A stretch of 64,000 bases of DNA, from positions 60,210 to 124,209 of the IMG/VR virus record IMGVR_UViG_3300031836_000002; one strand, given 5' to 3'. This DNA is from a virus (taxonomy: Duplodnaviria; Caudoviricetes). This document shows, in pieces, positions 9,884 to 16,670 of this stretch (its first letter is position 1; each line of letters starts with the position of its first letter). The notes below the pieces were generated by a model. That model ran no database searches and was not told where the DNA came from. It saw only the letters and a program-made list of their open reading frames with translations. Position numbers and translations under genes: made by a program.

Positions 9884-10141
9884 CTAGTCGCGCTCTCCTT
9901 CAGGGAGGTTGGATCCCACTAGGGACTCCATCAGCTCGGTGCACGTCGAACACACTGTGCGGCCTTGAGGATCCACCTGTTGTGGGACTACCTTGCCACA
10001 TAGCGCGGTCATTGGCCTGCCGTCGAAGATGTTGGCCTCGATGTCCTTCTTGAGGAAATAGTGCTGGAAGCGATCATGGTCGCCATCGTCGGTGTGCTTC
10101 AAGACCCTCTCGGTCTCGATGATCTCCATTGTGTCTGCCAC
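9884..10141 (-). CDS. DUF3039-like protein
   Basis: DDGDHDRFQHY...G.P..ALCGK...CSTC pattern of the actinobacterial DUF3039 family. Confidence 0.8.
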   Translation of the reverse strand: MADTMEIIETERVLKHTDDGDHDRFQHYFLKKDIEANIFDGRPMTALCGKVVPQQVDPQGRTVCSTCTELMESLVGSNLPEGERD

Positions 10142-10143
10142 GG

Positions 10144-10581
10144 CTAGCCTTTCTTTGCTGCGTCGAGGTGCTTAGGACTTAGAGAGAACCCAACCTTGAT
10201 GTCGTATGAGAGAAGCCCATAGGATGGGACCCCCGTGCTGACGATACCCACGCTGGTGTGGTTCGACAACTCGTTCAAAATCTTCTTTAGCTCACCCACG
10301 TTGGTGACGTACCCAAGGTTGCCACGATTTCGTCCTGCCACTACCTGCTCCTGCATGTAGCGAAGAGCTGTTGAGCCTTCGGCTGCCTTGGGCCTTTCGG
10401 TCTTGGCGTTCTCGGCTTTCTTGTGGATGTTGAATGCGGCCTTGGCACGCGCTCGACTGGGTGCGTGCTTTCCGTCGCTAATGACTCCGTTTTTACCACA
10501 TGAGCACCTCCAAGAGACACTGCTGGGAAAGCTGGTGCCTGAGTAGTAGTGCTCTGTGTATGTAGCTGCGTGTGCTGCCAT
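10144..10581 (-). CDS. hypothetical early protein
   Basis: GGAGACACC RBS; WRCSCG motif. Confidence 0.6.
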   Translation of the reverse strand: MAAHAATYTEHYYSGTSFPSSVSWRCSCGKNGVISDGKHAPSRARAKAAFNIHKKAENAKTERPKAAEGSTALRYMQEQVVAGRNRGNLGYVTNVGELKKILNELSNHTSVGIVSTGVPSYGLLSYDIKVGFSLSPKHLDAAKKG

Positions 10582-10590
10582 GGTGTCTCC

Positions 10591-10866
10591 CTAGTCTATG
10601 TTCTGGGCTGCGAGGTGGTAGGACTCTTCTTGTCCACTGGCCACGATCAGGTCAAAGCGGTGACCCTGCTGGATCCGATGCTCCACGCCTTCGAGAGCGC
10701 CAATCATGTCATGAGTGGCATTCCACGCATCTGCAATGACTCCGAACTCTGGTGACGTGTTGTCCATGTCGGTGAAGTTCTCCGCAAAGAAGACTTGAAT
10801 AGCACGAGCTGCTGCGAGCTGTGCTTGTGCTGTGGCGATCTGTTCGTTCATCTGTTTCTTGTTCAT
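10591..10866 (-). CDS. hypothetical early protein
   Basis: Promoter repeat plus RBS. Confidence 0.65.
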   Translation of the reverse strand: MNKKQMNEQIATAQAQLAAARAIQVFFAENFTDMDNTSPEFGVIADAWNATHDMIGALEGVEHRIQQGHRFDLIVASGQEESYHLAAQNID

Positions 10867-10937
10867 GGTGTCTCCTCTGGTTGACCTTACGTCTTGAGTC
10901 TACATCACGTGGACTGCATTTGCAATCCACAGAAGGC

Positions 10938-10962
10938 AAAGAAAAACCCCTCTTTCGAGGGG
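10938..10962 (-). terminator. intrinsic terminator
   Basis: CCCCTC-GAAA-GAGGGG hairpin plus TTTTTCTTT. Confidence 0.85.
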
Positions 10963-10968
10963 CTAGTC

Positions 10969-11325
10969 CTAGTTGTTGGCGTACAGGTAGCCGAACCGGC
11001 GTGTGCGGTAAGCATCAACGGCCTCAGCGAACCCTGCGGGATCCGAGATGTTGAACCGAACGGCCAAACCACTGGGGTGGGTTTTGCTCTTCTGGGGAGC
11101 CTTCCATGAGGCTGCCTTGACCAGATCACCCGTGGCACGGACTACGAAGGCGTGAACCGAGAAGGAGAACTCTGACTCGCCCTGTTCCATGATCTTGTCG
11201 TAGACGTTTCCGGCCTGAACGATGAACTTGGGGGCCTTGATGTACTTCTCGTTGGCGTATCGAGCGTCATCGACTGACTGCAAGCTAGCGGCGAATCGAG
11301 CTGAAGCTTCTGTGGGGTTTGGCAT
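10969..11325 (-). CDS. conserved phage hypothetical protein
   Basis: SVHAFV..TGDLVKAASWKAP motif; promoter repeat plus RBS. Confidence 0.65.
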   Translation of the reverse strand: MPNPTEASARFAASLQSVDDARYANEKYIKAPKFIVQAGNVYDKIMEQGESEFSFSVHAFVVRATGDLVKAASWKAPQKSKTHPSGLAVRFNISDPAGFAEAVDAYRTRRFGYLYANN

Positions 11326-11401
11326 GGTGTCTCCTCTGTGACTGGTTGACCTTACACTTTGAGTCTAGCAACTTTAGATTGCAATTGCAACCTCTGAGCT
11401 A

Positions 11402-11593
11402 CTAGCTTTCTCTGTTGTTGTGGAGGAATAGCTGGATCTCATCCGTGCCTGCCACATCGAAATCGTAGGGACCATCTGGGAGTTCCACAGTGTCCGGATA
11501 CGTTTCTCGATCTGAGAATGTCACAAGGATCGACTCGCCCCCGTCTCCATGCCGGGGTAGGTACTTCCGCGTGGCTTCTATCTTGGGCTTCAT
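11402..11593 (-). CDS. hypothetical protein
   Basis: ATGA-coupled ORF. Confidence 0.5.
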   Translation of the reverse strand: MKPKIEATRKYLPRHGDGGESILVTFSDRETYPDTVELPDGPYDFDVAGTDEIQLFLHNNRES

Positions 11594-11883
11594 GGCTCTA
11601 ACTGGTAGCTGCCCACCAGTTGGTCGAAGTCCCCGGCTCGCACGAGGATCAGGTCAGCGGTCTCCACGAGGGCCTTGACGTTAGCAATGGTGTACTCGAA
11701 CCCGATGACACTGGACAAGGCAGAGCTACCGGGCTTGTAGCTCTCCATCAGCCTAAGGGTGATGGGCTTGGCGCGACTCTTGGGATTGTGCTTCACCTCC
11801 CACCAGCGGCTGTGTCCGGCTTTGGGGAGACTTTTCTTCAGCTGCTCACGCAGGTGGGAGGTGATCGGCTCTTTGGTGGTCAT
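11590..11883 (-). CDS. hypothetical protein
   Basis: ATG 11883 just downstream of a GGCGTACAA motif. Confidence 0.6.
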   Translation of the reverse strand: MTTKEPITSHLREQLKKSLPKAGHSRWWEVKHNPKSRAKPITLRLMESYKPGSSALSSVIGFEYTIANVKALVETADLILVRAGDFDQLVGSYQLEP

Positions 11884-11913
11884 GATCTGTTGTACGCCTA
11901 TCTCCGGGCGTAG

Positions 11914-11952
11914 AAAAGGGCTGGCCTTCCGAGAATACGGTTTGACCAGCCC
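11914..11952 (-). terminator. terminator ending the tRNA array
   Basis: GGGCTGGTC...GGCCAGCCC hairpin plus TTTTCT. Confidence 0.7.
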
Positions 11953-12004
11953 AGCGACCCAAAGCGCCCCCACCGGGCCGCGTGGTCAGTCTATACGACT
12001 ACTG

Positions 12005-12078
12005 TCCCTCAGGGTGGACTCGAACCACCGCGTCACCTTGTTATGAGCAAGGGGCCTTACCAGCTTGGCTACCGAGGG
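12005..12078 (-). tRNA. tRNA-Met(CAT) (or Ile2)
   Basis: Cloverleaf; CCTTG-CTCATAA-CAAGG. Confidence 0.9.
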
Positions 12079-12198
12079 AAGTGAGGGAGGCTCGCACCCG
12101 TCGATGCGAGCGTCACCCTCGTGCTCGTTTCACTGCCTCGATGAGCTTCGAGTGAGGGACCTTCTCCCTCAGGCAGTCGTGCCCGCAATTCTTCTTTG

Positions 12199-12272
12199 TG
12201 GATCCACAGGGACTCGAACCCTGAACCATGTGCTTGCAAAGCACGCGCTCTACCAGTTGGAGCTATAGACCC
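12199..12272 (-). tRNA. tRNA-Ala(TGC)
   Basis: Cloverleaf; loop TTTGCAA; G3:U70. Confidence 0.92.
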
Positions 12273-12283
12273 TCGATCATGCG

Positions 12284-12357
12284 TAGCCTCAACAGGATTT
12301 GAACCTGTGACTTCCTCCTTATCAGGGAGACGCTCTACCAGACTGAGCTATGAAGCT
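12284..12357 (-). tRNA. tRNA-Ile(GAT)
   Basis: Cloverleaf; loop CTGATAA. Confidence 0.92.
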
Positions 12358-12385
12358 TTGTCGCGGATCCGCCGCGCCGGTATTG

Positions 12386-12457
12386 TCCCCTCGACTGGAT
12401 TCGAACCAGTGGCCAAGAGATTAGAAGGCTCCTGCTCTTCCTCTGAGCTACGAAGGG
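12386..12457 (-). tRNA. tRNA-Arg(TCT)
   Basis: Cloverleaf; loop CTTCTAA. Confidence 0.9.
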
Positions 12458-12460
12458 AAG

Positions 12461-12534
12461 TGGAGACGGAACCCGGAATCTAACCGGGGTAAGAAGCTTT
12501 GCAGGCCCCTGCCTAGACTCTCGGCCATTCCGCC
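12461..12534 (-). tRNA. tRNA-Cys(GCA)
   Basis: Loop CTGCAAA, U73, CCA encoded; T-loop TTAGATT. Confidence 0.88.
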
Positions 12535-12544
12535 AAATTCTTGT

Positions 12545-12838
12545 TTAGGTCTCATCCTCTGGACGTTCCTCGAATGTGATAGCCACATCCTTTCCCAGCA
12601 TAGAGTCGAACCAAGCGGCTGCTTCAGGGTTCCCTACGGTGAGTTTGACCTCTCCCGATGGGGTGGCGGATGACCACGCCTCGTTCTGAGGCCCTTTAGC
12701 TCCTGATACAGGAGACATGACTACTTCGATGCGGGGGGCTGGATTCGCCCAACCACTAGCGTGAGCCTGAGAGACCGATGCAGCGAAACGCTTGACTTCA
12801 CGGACGTAGAAACGGGCGGTGACTTTGGATATGGACAT
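12545..12838 (-). CDS. conserved hypothetical protein
   Basis: GAGGAGG RBS before ATG 12838; NEAWSSATPSG.V.L.V.NP motif. Confidence 0.75.
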   Translation of the reverse strand: MSISKVTARFYVREVKRFAASVSQAHASGWANPAPRIEVVMSPVSGAKGPQNEAWSSATPSGEVKLTVGNPEAAAWFDSMLGKDVAITFEERPEDET

Positions 12839-12940
12839 AGTTGCCTCCTCGGCAATAGTTGAATTGAACTTGAGGAGGTCTGCGAACCAGATTTGAGCCT
12901 GCGTCCGAACCTGTGCCCAGTGTAGCTCATTTCTTCTTTG

Positions 12941-13012
12941 TAGGCCTTGAGGATTCTGCCACCTCGACCCTCCGCTTAAAAGGCGGATGCTCTGCTTCTG
13001 AGCTAAAGGCCC
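12941..13012 (-). tRNA. tRNA-Lys(TTT)
   Basis: TCCGC-CTTTTAA-GCGGA; atypical T-loop. Confidence 0.85.
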
Positions 13013-13017
13013 TAGCG

Positions 13018-13089
13018 CTCCGGGGGCTGGGGTCGAACCAACGCCACCTGATTCCAAAGATCAGCGTGCTGCCATTACACCACCCCGGA
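13018..13089 (-). tRNA. tRNA-Gln(TTG)
   Basis: Cloverleaf; loop CTTTGGA. Confidence 0.9.
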
Positions 13090-13163
13090 TTGAAGAGTCC
13101 ACTACCTGTTAGGCCGGTCTTGGATAGGGCTAGCCAGCCGTGTGCGCTGCCCGTGGACTCTAG

Positions 13164-13234
13164 CTCCCCACCAAGGATTCGAACCTCGACAAACTGGCTC
13201 AGAACCAGTTGTGCTGCCGTTACACCAGCGGGGA
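13164..13234 (-). tRNA. tRNA-Gln(CTG)
   Basis: Cloverleaf; loop TTCTGAG. Confidence 0.9.
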
Positions 13235-13307
13235 ATATAGCAAGACGTGAGTATTAGTACCGACCGTCTTCGCAGGGATGATTGATGTTTGTCCCCACGT
13301 CTTACCG

Positions 13308-13379
13308 TGCCCTTCGAGGGATTCGAACCCCCAACATACGGTTCCGAAGACCGGCGCTCTTCCGTTGAGCTAGAAAGGC
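13308..13379 (-). tRNA. tRNA-Arg(TCG)
   Basis: Cloverleaf; loop CTTCGGA. Confidence 0.9.
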
Positions 13380-13433
13380 AGACCCGGCGCTGATCCAACA
13401 GCACTCCTGAATCGAACAGTCCGTTCCGGGGTT

Positions 13434-13496
13434 GTTAGCGCTCTGCCATTGAGCTACCGATCAAATCGGCTGGGACTCGAACCCAGATACTCTAAC
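13434..13496 (-). ncRNA. circularly permuted tRNA-like RNA (YrlA/Y-RNA-like topology)
   Basis: Order GTTAG, variable region, T arm, closed acceptor hairpin, TA, D arm, G, CTAAC. Confidence 0.75.
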
Positions 13497-13498
13497 CG

Positions 13499-13570
13499 TG
13501 CCCTTCGAGGGATTCGAACCCCCGGCCCTCTCATCCGTAGTGAGATGCTCTTCCGCTGAGCTAGAAAGGC
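13499..13570 (-). tRNA. tRNA-Arg(ACG)
   Basis: Cloverleaf; loop CTACGGA. Confidence 0.92.
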
Positions 13571-13652
13571 ATGTGATGTGCCCGCCAATTACCTCAGGCA
13601 CATCGTCGTCAATTTTTCCTCCACTCCGAGTAAAATTGAAAAACCCTCGTCG

Positions 13653-13720
13653 TAACGTTGGCTGGATTCGAACCAGCGACCACCTCATGAGGAAGCTCTG
13701 CCTACCTGAGCTACAACGTC
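13653..13720 (-). ncRNA. tRNA-like RNA with truncated anticodon arm (CAT)
   Basis: Intact acceptor, D and T arms; only 17 nt between the D and T arms. Confidence 0.7.
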
Positions 13721-13819
13721 TATCCCGTGGGGCAATTACTCCCACTCGTCCAGCTTCTGAAGCCTTTGGATCCCCACGTCATGGCCATGCCGCGGTTCCT
13801 CTCCAGCTCCGTCTACTCG

Positions 13820-13891
13820 CTCCCCATCTTGGATTCGAACCAAGGACCAATCGGTTAACAGCCGAACGCTCTGCCTCTGAGCTAACAGGGA
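13820..13891 (-). tRNA. tRNA-Asn(GTT)
   Basis: Cloverleaf; loop CTGTTAA. Confidence 0.92.
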
Positions 13892-14128
13892 TTACGTGAG
13901 ATGGAAGCTGTCCTGCGTACTCAGGACCTTAGTGCTTCGTCGTTTCACCTATGGGGAGTACGACATTCCCCACCGGTAGGACACCCACTTGCCCTTTGTC
14001 TTCTCCAGAGCTTCGAGACACTGAAGAGGTGATCCGGAGATTTACGCACTCCGACAGTGACCTCATTACAGAGGATCGCGTGCCAGCTTTTCATTTTTGA
14101 AAGGTCTTGAGGCTGGATCCGTTGACCT
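13892..14128 (-). ncRNA. putative structured ncRNA (~235 nt)
   Basis: No ORF; multiple hairpins and complementary loops. Confidence 0.5.
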
Positions 14129-14130
14129 TG

Positions 14131-14202
14131 TGCTTCTCAGAGGACTCGAACCTCTGACCGGTGCCGTGTAAAGACATTGCTCTGCCGCTGAGCTAGAGAA
14201 GC
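14131..14202 (-). tRNA. tRNA-Val(TAC)
   Basis: Cloverleaf; loop TTTACAC. Confidence 0.9.
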
Positions 14203-14203
14203 A

Positions 14204-15067
14204 TTAGGCAGGAGAGAGTTTCTCCGCCGCCGCACGGTACCGATCTAGAATGTCTGTCTTCTGGATGTGGTCCCGTTGCGGGTAGAACGTGTAATGACTG
14301 ACCAGCGCGTTCCCGGCGATGGCAGTAGGCCGGTTCAGTCGCGTTGGCATCTCGATGGAGTGCCACGCCTCATCGTCAGTGTGTTCGATGTAGCCGGGAG
14401 GAGTGCAGTGGTTGTGATACTCCTCGGAGAGGCTGGCGAAACAGCTCACGCTAAACTGCTGCCCTAGTGGGAGCTGCACGTCGTGATAAAGAAACAGCTT
14501 GCTGACTGTTCCGGCTTCCACATGGTCTAGGAGAAGGTTGTGCATCTTTTCCGCGAATGGTCCGTCTGCCCAGCCAATTGGGTCCATGCAGTACGGCTGC
14601 ACTTCTCCCCACTCGCGGGGCACACAACCTTGCATCTGGAGGTACCACGTGGATATAGCGTTGTTCCAGATGATGGGGAAGGTCACGAAGGCTGAGCTGG
14701 AGAGCTTCGACTTCACCAAAGTAGCAAGGGCGTCCTCGTGGATGTAAACGATGTCGTCATCAAATCGGACGTAAACCGTGTTCGGCTCCACACAGTTCTC
14801 GAAGAAAACTCTTGTGTTGTACTGCTTCTTGTGGTTGAGATTCCGGGTGGCTGGCGCGTACTTCTGTGTGATCCAGTCATGCTCAGCTGCCAGCTTGTCG
14901 GCGTAGGAGACATCCGAGACCTGATCCGGGTCGGTGTTCATCCAAAGCTGCCACTCATCCAAGACTCCTCTTTCGTGGTCCCTTTGGAGGTAAGAGAAAA
15001 GGATGGATGCAGTCGCCACCCTGCCGTATGGTGTGCAAGCAACTACCCGGCTTTCCAGAACTGTCAT
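14204..15067 (-). CDS. GT-A-like glycosyltransferase
   Basis: TPYGR N-terminus, YVRFDDDIVYI DxD motif; start 15067 (leaderless) or 15139. Confidence 0.65.
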   Translation of the reverse strand: MTVLESRVVACTPYGRVATASILFSYLQRDHERGVLDEWQLWMNTDPDQVSDVSYADKLAAEHDWITQKYAPATRNLNHKKQYNTRVFFENCVEPNTVYVRFDDDIVYIHEDALATLVKSKLSSSAFVTFPIIWNNAISTWYLQMQGCVPREWGEVQPYCMDPIGWADGPFAEKMHNLLLDHVEAGTVSKLFLYHDVQLPLGQQFSVSCFASLSEEYHNHCTPPGYIEHTDDEAWHSIEMPTRLNRPTAIAGNALVSHYTFYPQRDHIQKTDILDRYRAAAEKLSPA

Positions 15068-15197
15068 GGGACCAACAGTAGCAAACTCTGGAATCTCATA
15101 CCCGTGGTTTTGGAGGCCCTTTGCGCTGTCGGAGGGCAAGTCCGTCTCATTCCTGAGAGATCTCTCTTTTCCTGTTGGACTGTTCGAGATAACATCG

Positions 15198-15272
15198 GGC
15201 CTCTGGAGGGATTCGAACCCCCGACCGTCGCTTTACAAGAGCGTTGCTCTGGCCAAACTGAGCTACAAAGGC
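15198..15272 (-). tRNA. tRNA-Thr(TGT)
   Basis: Cloverleaf; loop CTTGTAA. Confidence 0.9.
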
Positions 15273-15275
15273 ATG

Positions 15276-15544
15276 TGCTGAGGAGATCGTGAGATATCGT
15301 GCGCTCAGCTCGCTCTGGCCTTTCGGTATCCAGACCCATGCCACAGCGGGCGAAGGAAAGTCCACCCCCTGCAACTCCGACAAGTTGTTCGGTCAGGGGG
15401 CTTCACATCTGCGCTGCCTACGAGAGGCTGCGAGAAAAAGTGCACCGGATGCCCTTGCAAAGGCGCTCCTTCCGAGGGAGCCAGACGGACTCAAGTTGTT
15501 CGTGATGTCTGAGCCGAACGCTGGTGACTAACTGCGTCCTTCCG
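15276..15544 (-). ncRNA. putative structured ncRNA (~270 nt)
   Basis: Many stems with G-U pairs favouring the minus strand, GAAA tetraloop, internal repeats. Confidence 0.5.
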
Positions 15545-15615
15545 AGGAGTACGCGGGGATCGAACCCGCGATGTCTGTTTGGAAGACAGACGTGTTACCG
15601 CTACACCAGTACTCC
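15545..15615 (-). tRNA. tRNA-Gly(TCC)
   Basis: Cloverleaf; loop CTTCCAA; U73. Confidence 0.92.
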
Positions 15616-15701
15616 GTGAGCGCATTTAGCGGGTGCGCCTGACCATCCCGAAGAGAGGATACAGCCTCTCAATCCCAGCTCCCTGTATGAGGCTGGATCT
15701 G

Positions 15702-15773
15702 TGGGCCTGCGTGGAGTCGAACCACGTTCTCTTGATTAAGAGTCGAGAGCATCACCACTAATGCTTCAAGCCC
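15702..15773 (-). tRNA. tRNA-Lys(CTT)
   Basis: Cloverleaf; loop CTCTTAA. Confidence 0.88.
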
Positions 15774-16108
15774 CGATATTTTGCTATGTTCTCCGGTAAC
15801 TGCATCCTCTCGAATGTTCTAATTCGATGACAGGTACCACAAACTACGTCACATTTTGCAATCTCAGCCATGATCCGGTTTATGGACTTACCCATGAGAG
15901 CTGCCACTGTAGTAGCGGGATCGCTATCACGGTTCACCCTGTGGTCAAACTCTAATCCGGCGTGATGGGCTGAGTACCTGCAATCCGCACACCCCTGAGA
16001 CACCTTGTACTCCCGAACCACCATGACGTTCTTTTGATACCGGCCTCGCATGTACGCTGCCATGTAATCTCGGTACTCTTGGGAGCTTTTATCTCTGGGT
16101 CTACTCAT
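15758..16108 (-). CDS. HNH endonuclease
   Basis: CADC, LEFDH, KCDVVCGTCHRIRT motifs; stop codon lies inside tRNA-Lys(CTT). Confidence 0.9.
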   Translation of the reverse strand: MSRPRDKSSQEYRDYMAAYMRGRYQKNVMVVREYKVSQGCADCRYSAHHAGLEFDHRVNRDSDPATTVAALMGKSINRIMAEIAKCDVVCGTCHRIRTFERMQLPENIAKYRGLKH

Positions 16109-16131
16109 GCAGTAAGAATACCTTATCTAAC

Positions 16132-16220
16132 TTGGCGGAGAACTGAGGGCATGATCCCCTCACCTTGCGGTGCCAACCGATTAGCAATCGGTGCCGGTGC
16201 GCCTGCCCGGTAAGCTCTCC
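16132..16220 (-). tRNA. tRNA-Ser(GCT), atypical
   Basis: Loop TTGCTAA, long variable arm, G73-CCA; odd T-loop and bulged acceptor. Confidence 0.8.
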
Positions 16221-16221
16221 A

Positions 16222-16314
16222 TGGCGGATGAAGTAGGTCTCGAACCCACACGGGTATTACCCCCAACTGTTTTCAAGACAGCGCCCGATAGGCCGAAGCT
16301 CGGGTTATTCATCC
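16222..16314 (-). tRNA. tRNA-Ser(TGA)
   Basis: Loop CTTGAAA, long variable arm, G73-CCA. Confidence 0.88.
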
Positions 16315-16338
16315 TTGTGTTTTTCTCTGTGGAATTAG

Positions 16339-16366
16339 AAAAGCCCCAGACTGTTAGGTCTAGGGC
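16339..16366 (-). terminator. attenuator terminator 2
   Basis: GCCCTAGAC-CTAACA-GTCTGGGGC hairpin plus TTTTCT. Confidence 0.85.
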
Positions 16367-16396
16367 CGCATTAGCGAGATTCGAAAATCTGCTGAG

Positions 16397-16471
16397 TTAG
16401 GACAGCCCTGAAGTACTGCGATTGGCCACAATGGCCGATCCCATTACTTGCTTGGACTGGTTTTTTCTCAT
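16397..16471 (-). CDS. leader peptide 2 MRKNQSKQVMGSAIVANRSTSGLS (leaderless uORF)
   Basis: ATG 6 nt after TAGGGT; codons match downstream tRNAs; 3' end is complementary to the terminator stem. Confidence 0.8.
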   Translation of the reverse strand: MRKNQSKQVMGSAIVANRSTSGLS

Positions 16472-16477
16472 GCGTTG

Positions 16478-16507
16478 ACCCTACTACTACTTTCAATCGA
16501 GACGCAA
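16478..16507 (-). promoter_or_regulatory. sigmaA-type promoter of tRNA block 2
   Basis: TTGCGT-N18-TAGGGT. Confidence 0.7.
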
Positions 16508-16532
16508 GTGCATCCCGAAATTCTTCTTTGAT

Positions 16533-16668
16533 TGGACGATGCAGACGATTCGAACGCCACTTCCAACACTCTAGGCTGGCGAGCTGCCGCTGATGCTCTC
16601 CGGGATACGAACGCGCGCTCGACATCCTCCGGTGCTGTCTTTGGTCTACCTGATTACTCCATACATCG
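16533..16668 (-). ncRNA. expanded tRNA-like RNA with encoded CCA
   Basis: 7-bp acceptor CGATGTA/TGCATCG-T-CCA, D, anticodon-like and T arms, ~63-nt insert before the D arm. Confidence 0.7.
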
Positions 16669-16670
16669 AG

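Larger units (their letters stand above)
199..11390 (-). repeat. dispersed early promoter/leader repeat (TTGCAA-N17-TAGACT...GTAAGGTCA...GGAGACACC-ATG)
   Basis: Near-identical copies at 1833-1876, 6322-6365, 7933-7961, 8505-8548, 9357-9400, 9828-9871, 10882-10925, 11347-11390; variants at 199-243, 478-508, 1008-1051. Confidence 0.9.

Noticed and set aside
8505-11390. CRISPR array
   Set aside because: Repeats are separated by whole genes of variable length and have promoter structure; no cas genes
15351-15530. RNase P RNA-like GAAGGAAAGTCC on the plus strand
   Set aside because: Opposite to all transcription, G-U pairs favour the minus strand, and other conserved RNase P regions are not convincing
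16563-16579. amber suppressor (CTA) anticodon
   Set aside because: CTA occupies loop positions 32-34, not 34-36
16370-16668. tmRNA
   Set aside because: No Ala identity (G3:U70) or tag ORF inside the tRNA-like ends; the region resolves into a tRNA-like RNA plus attenuator 2
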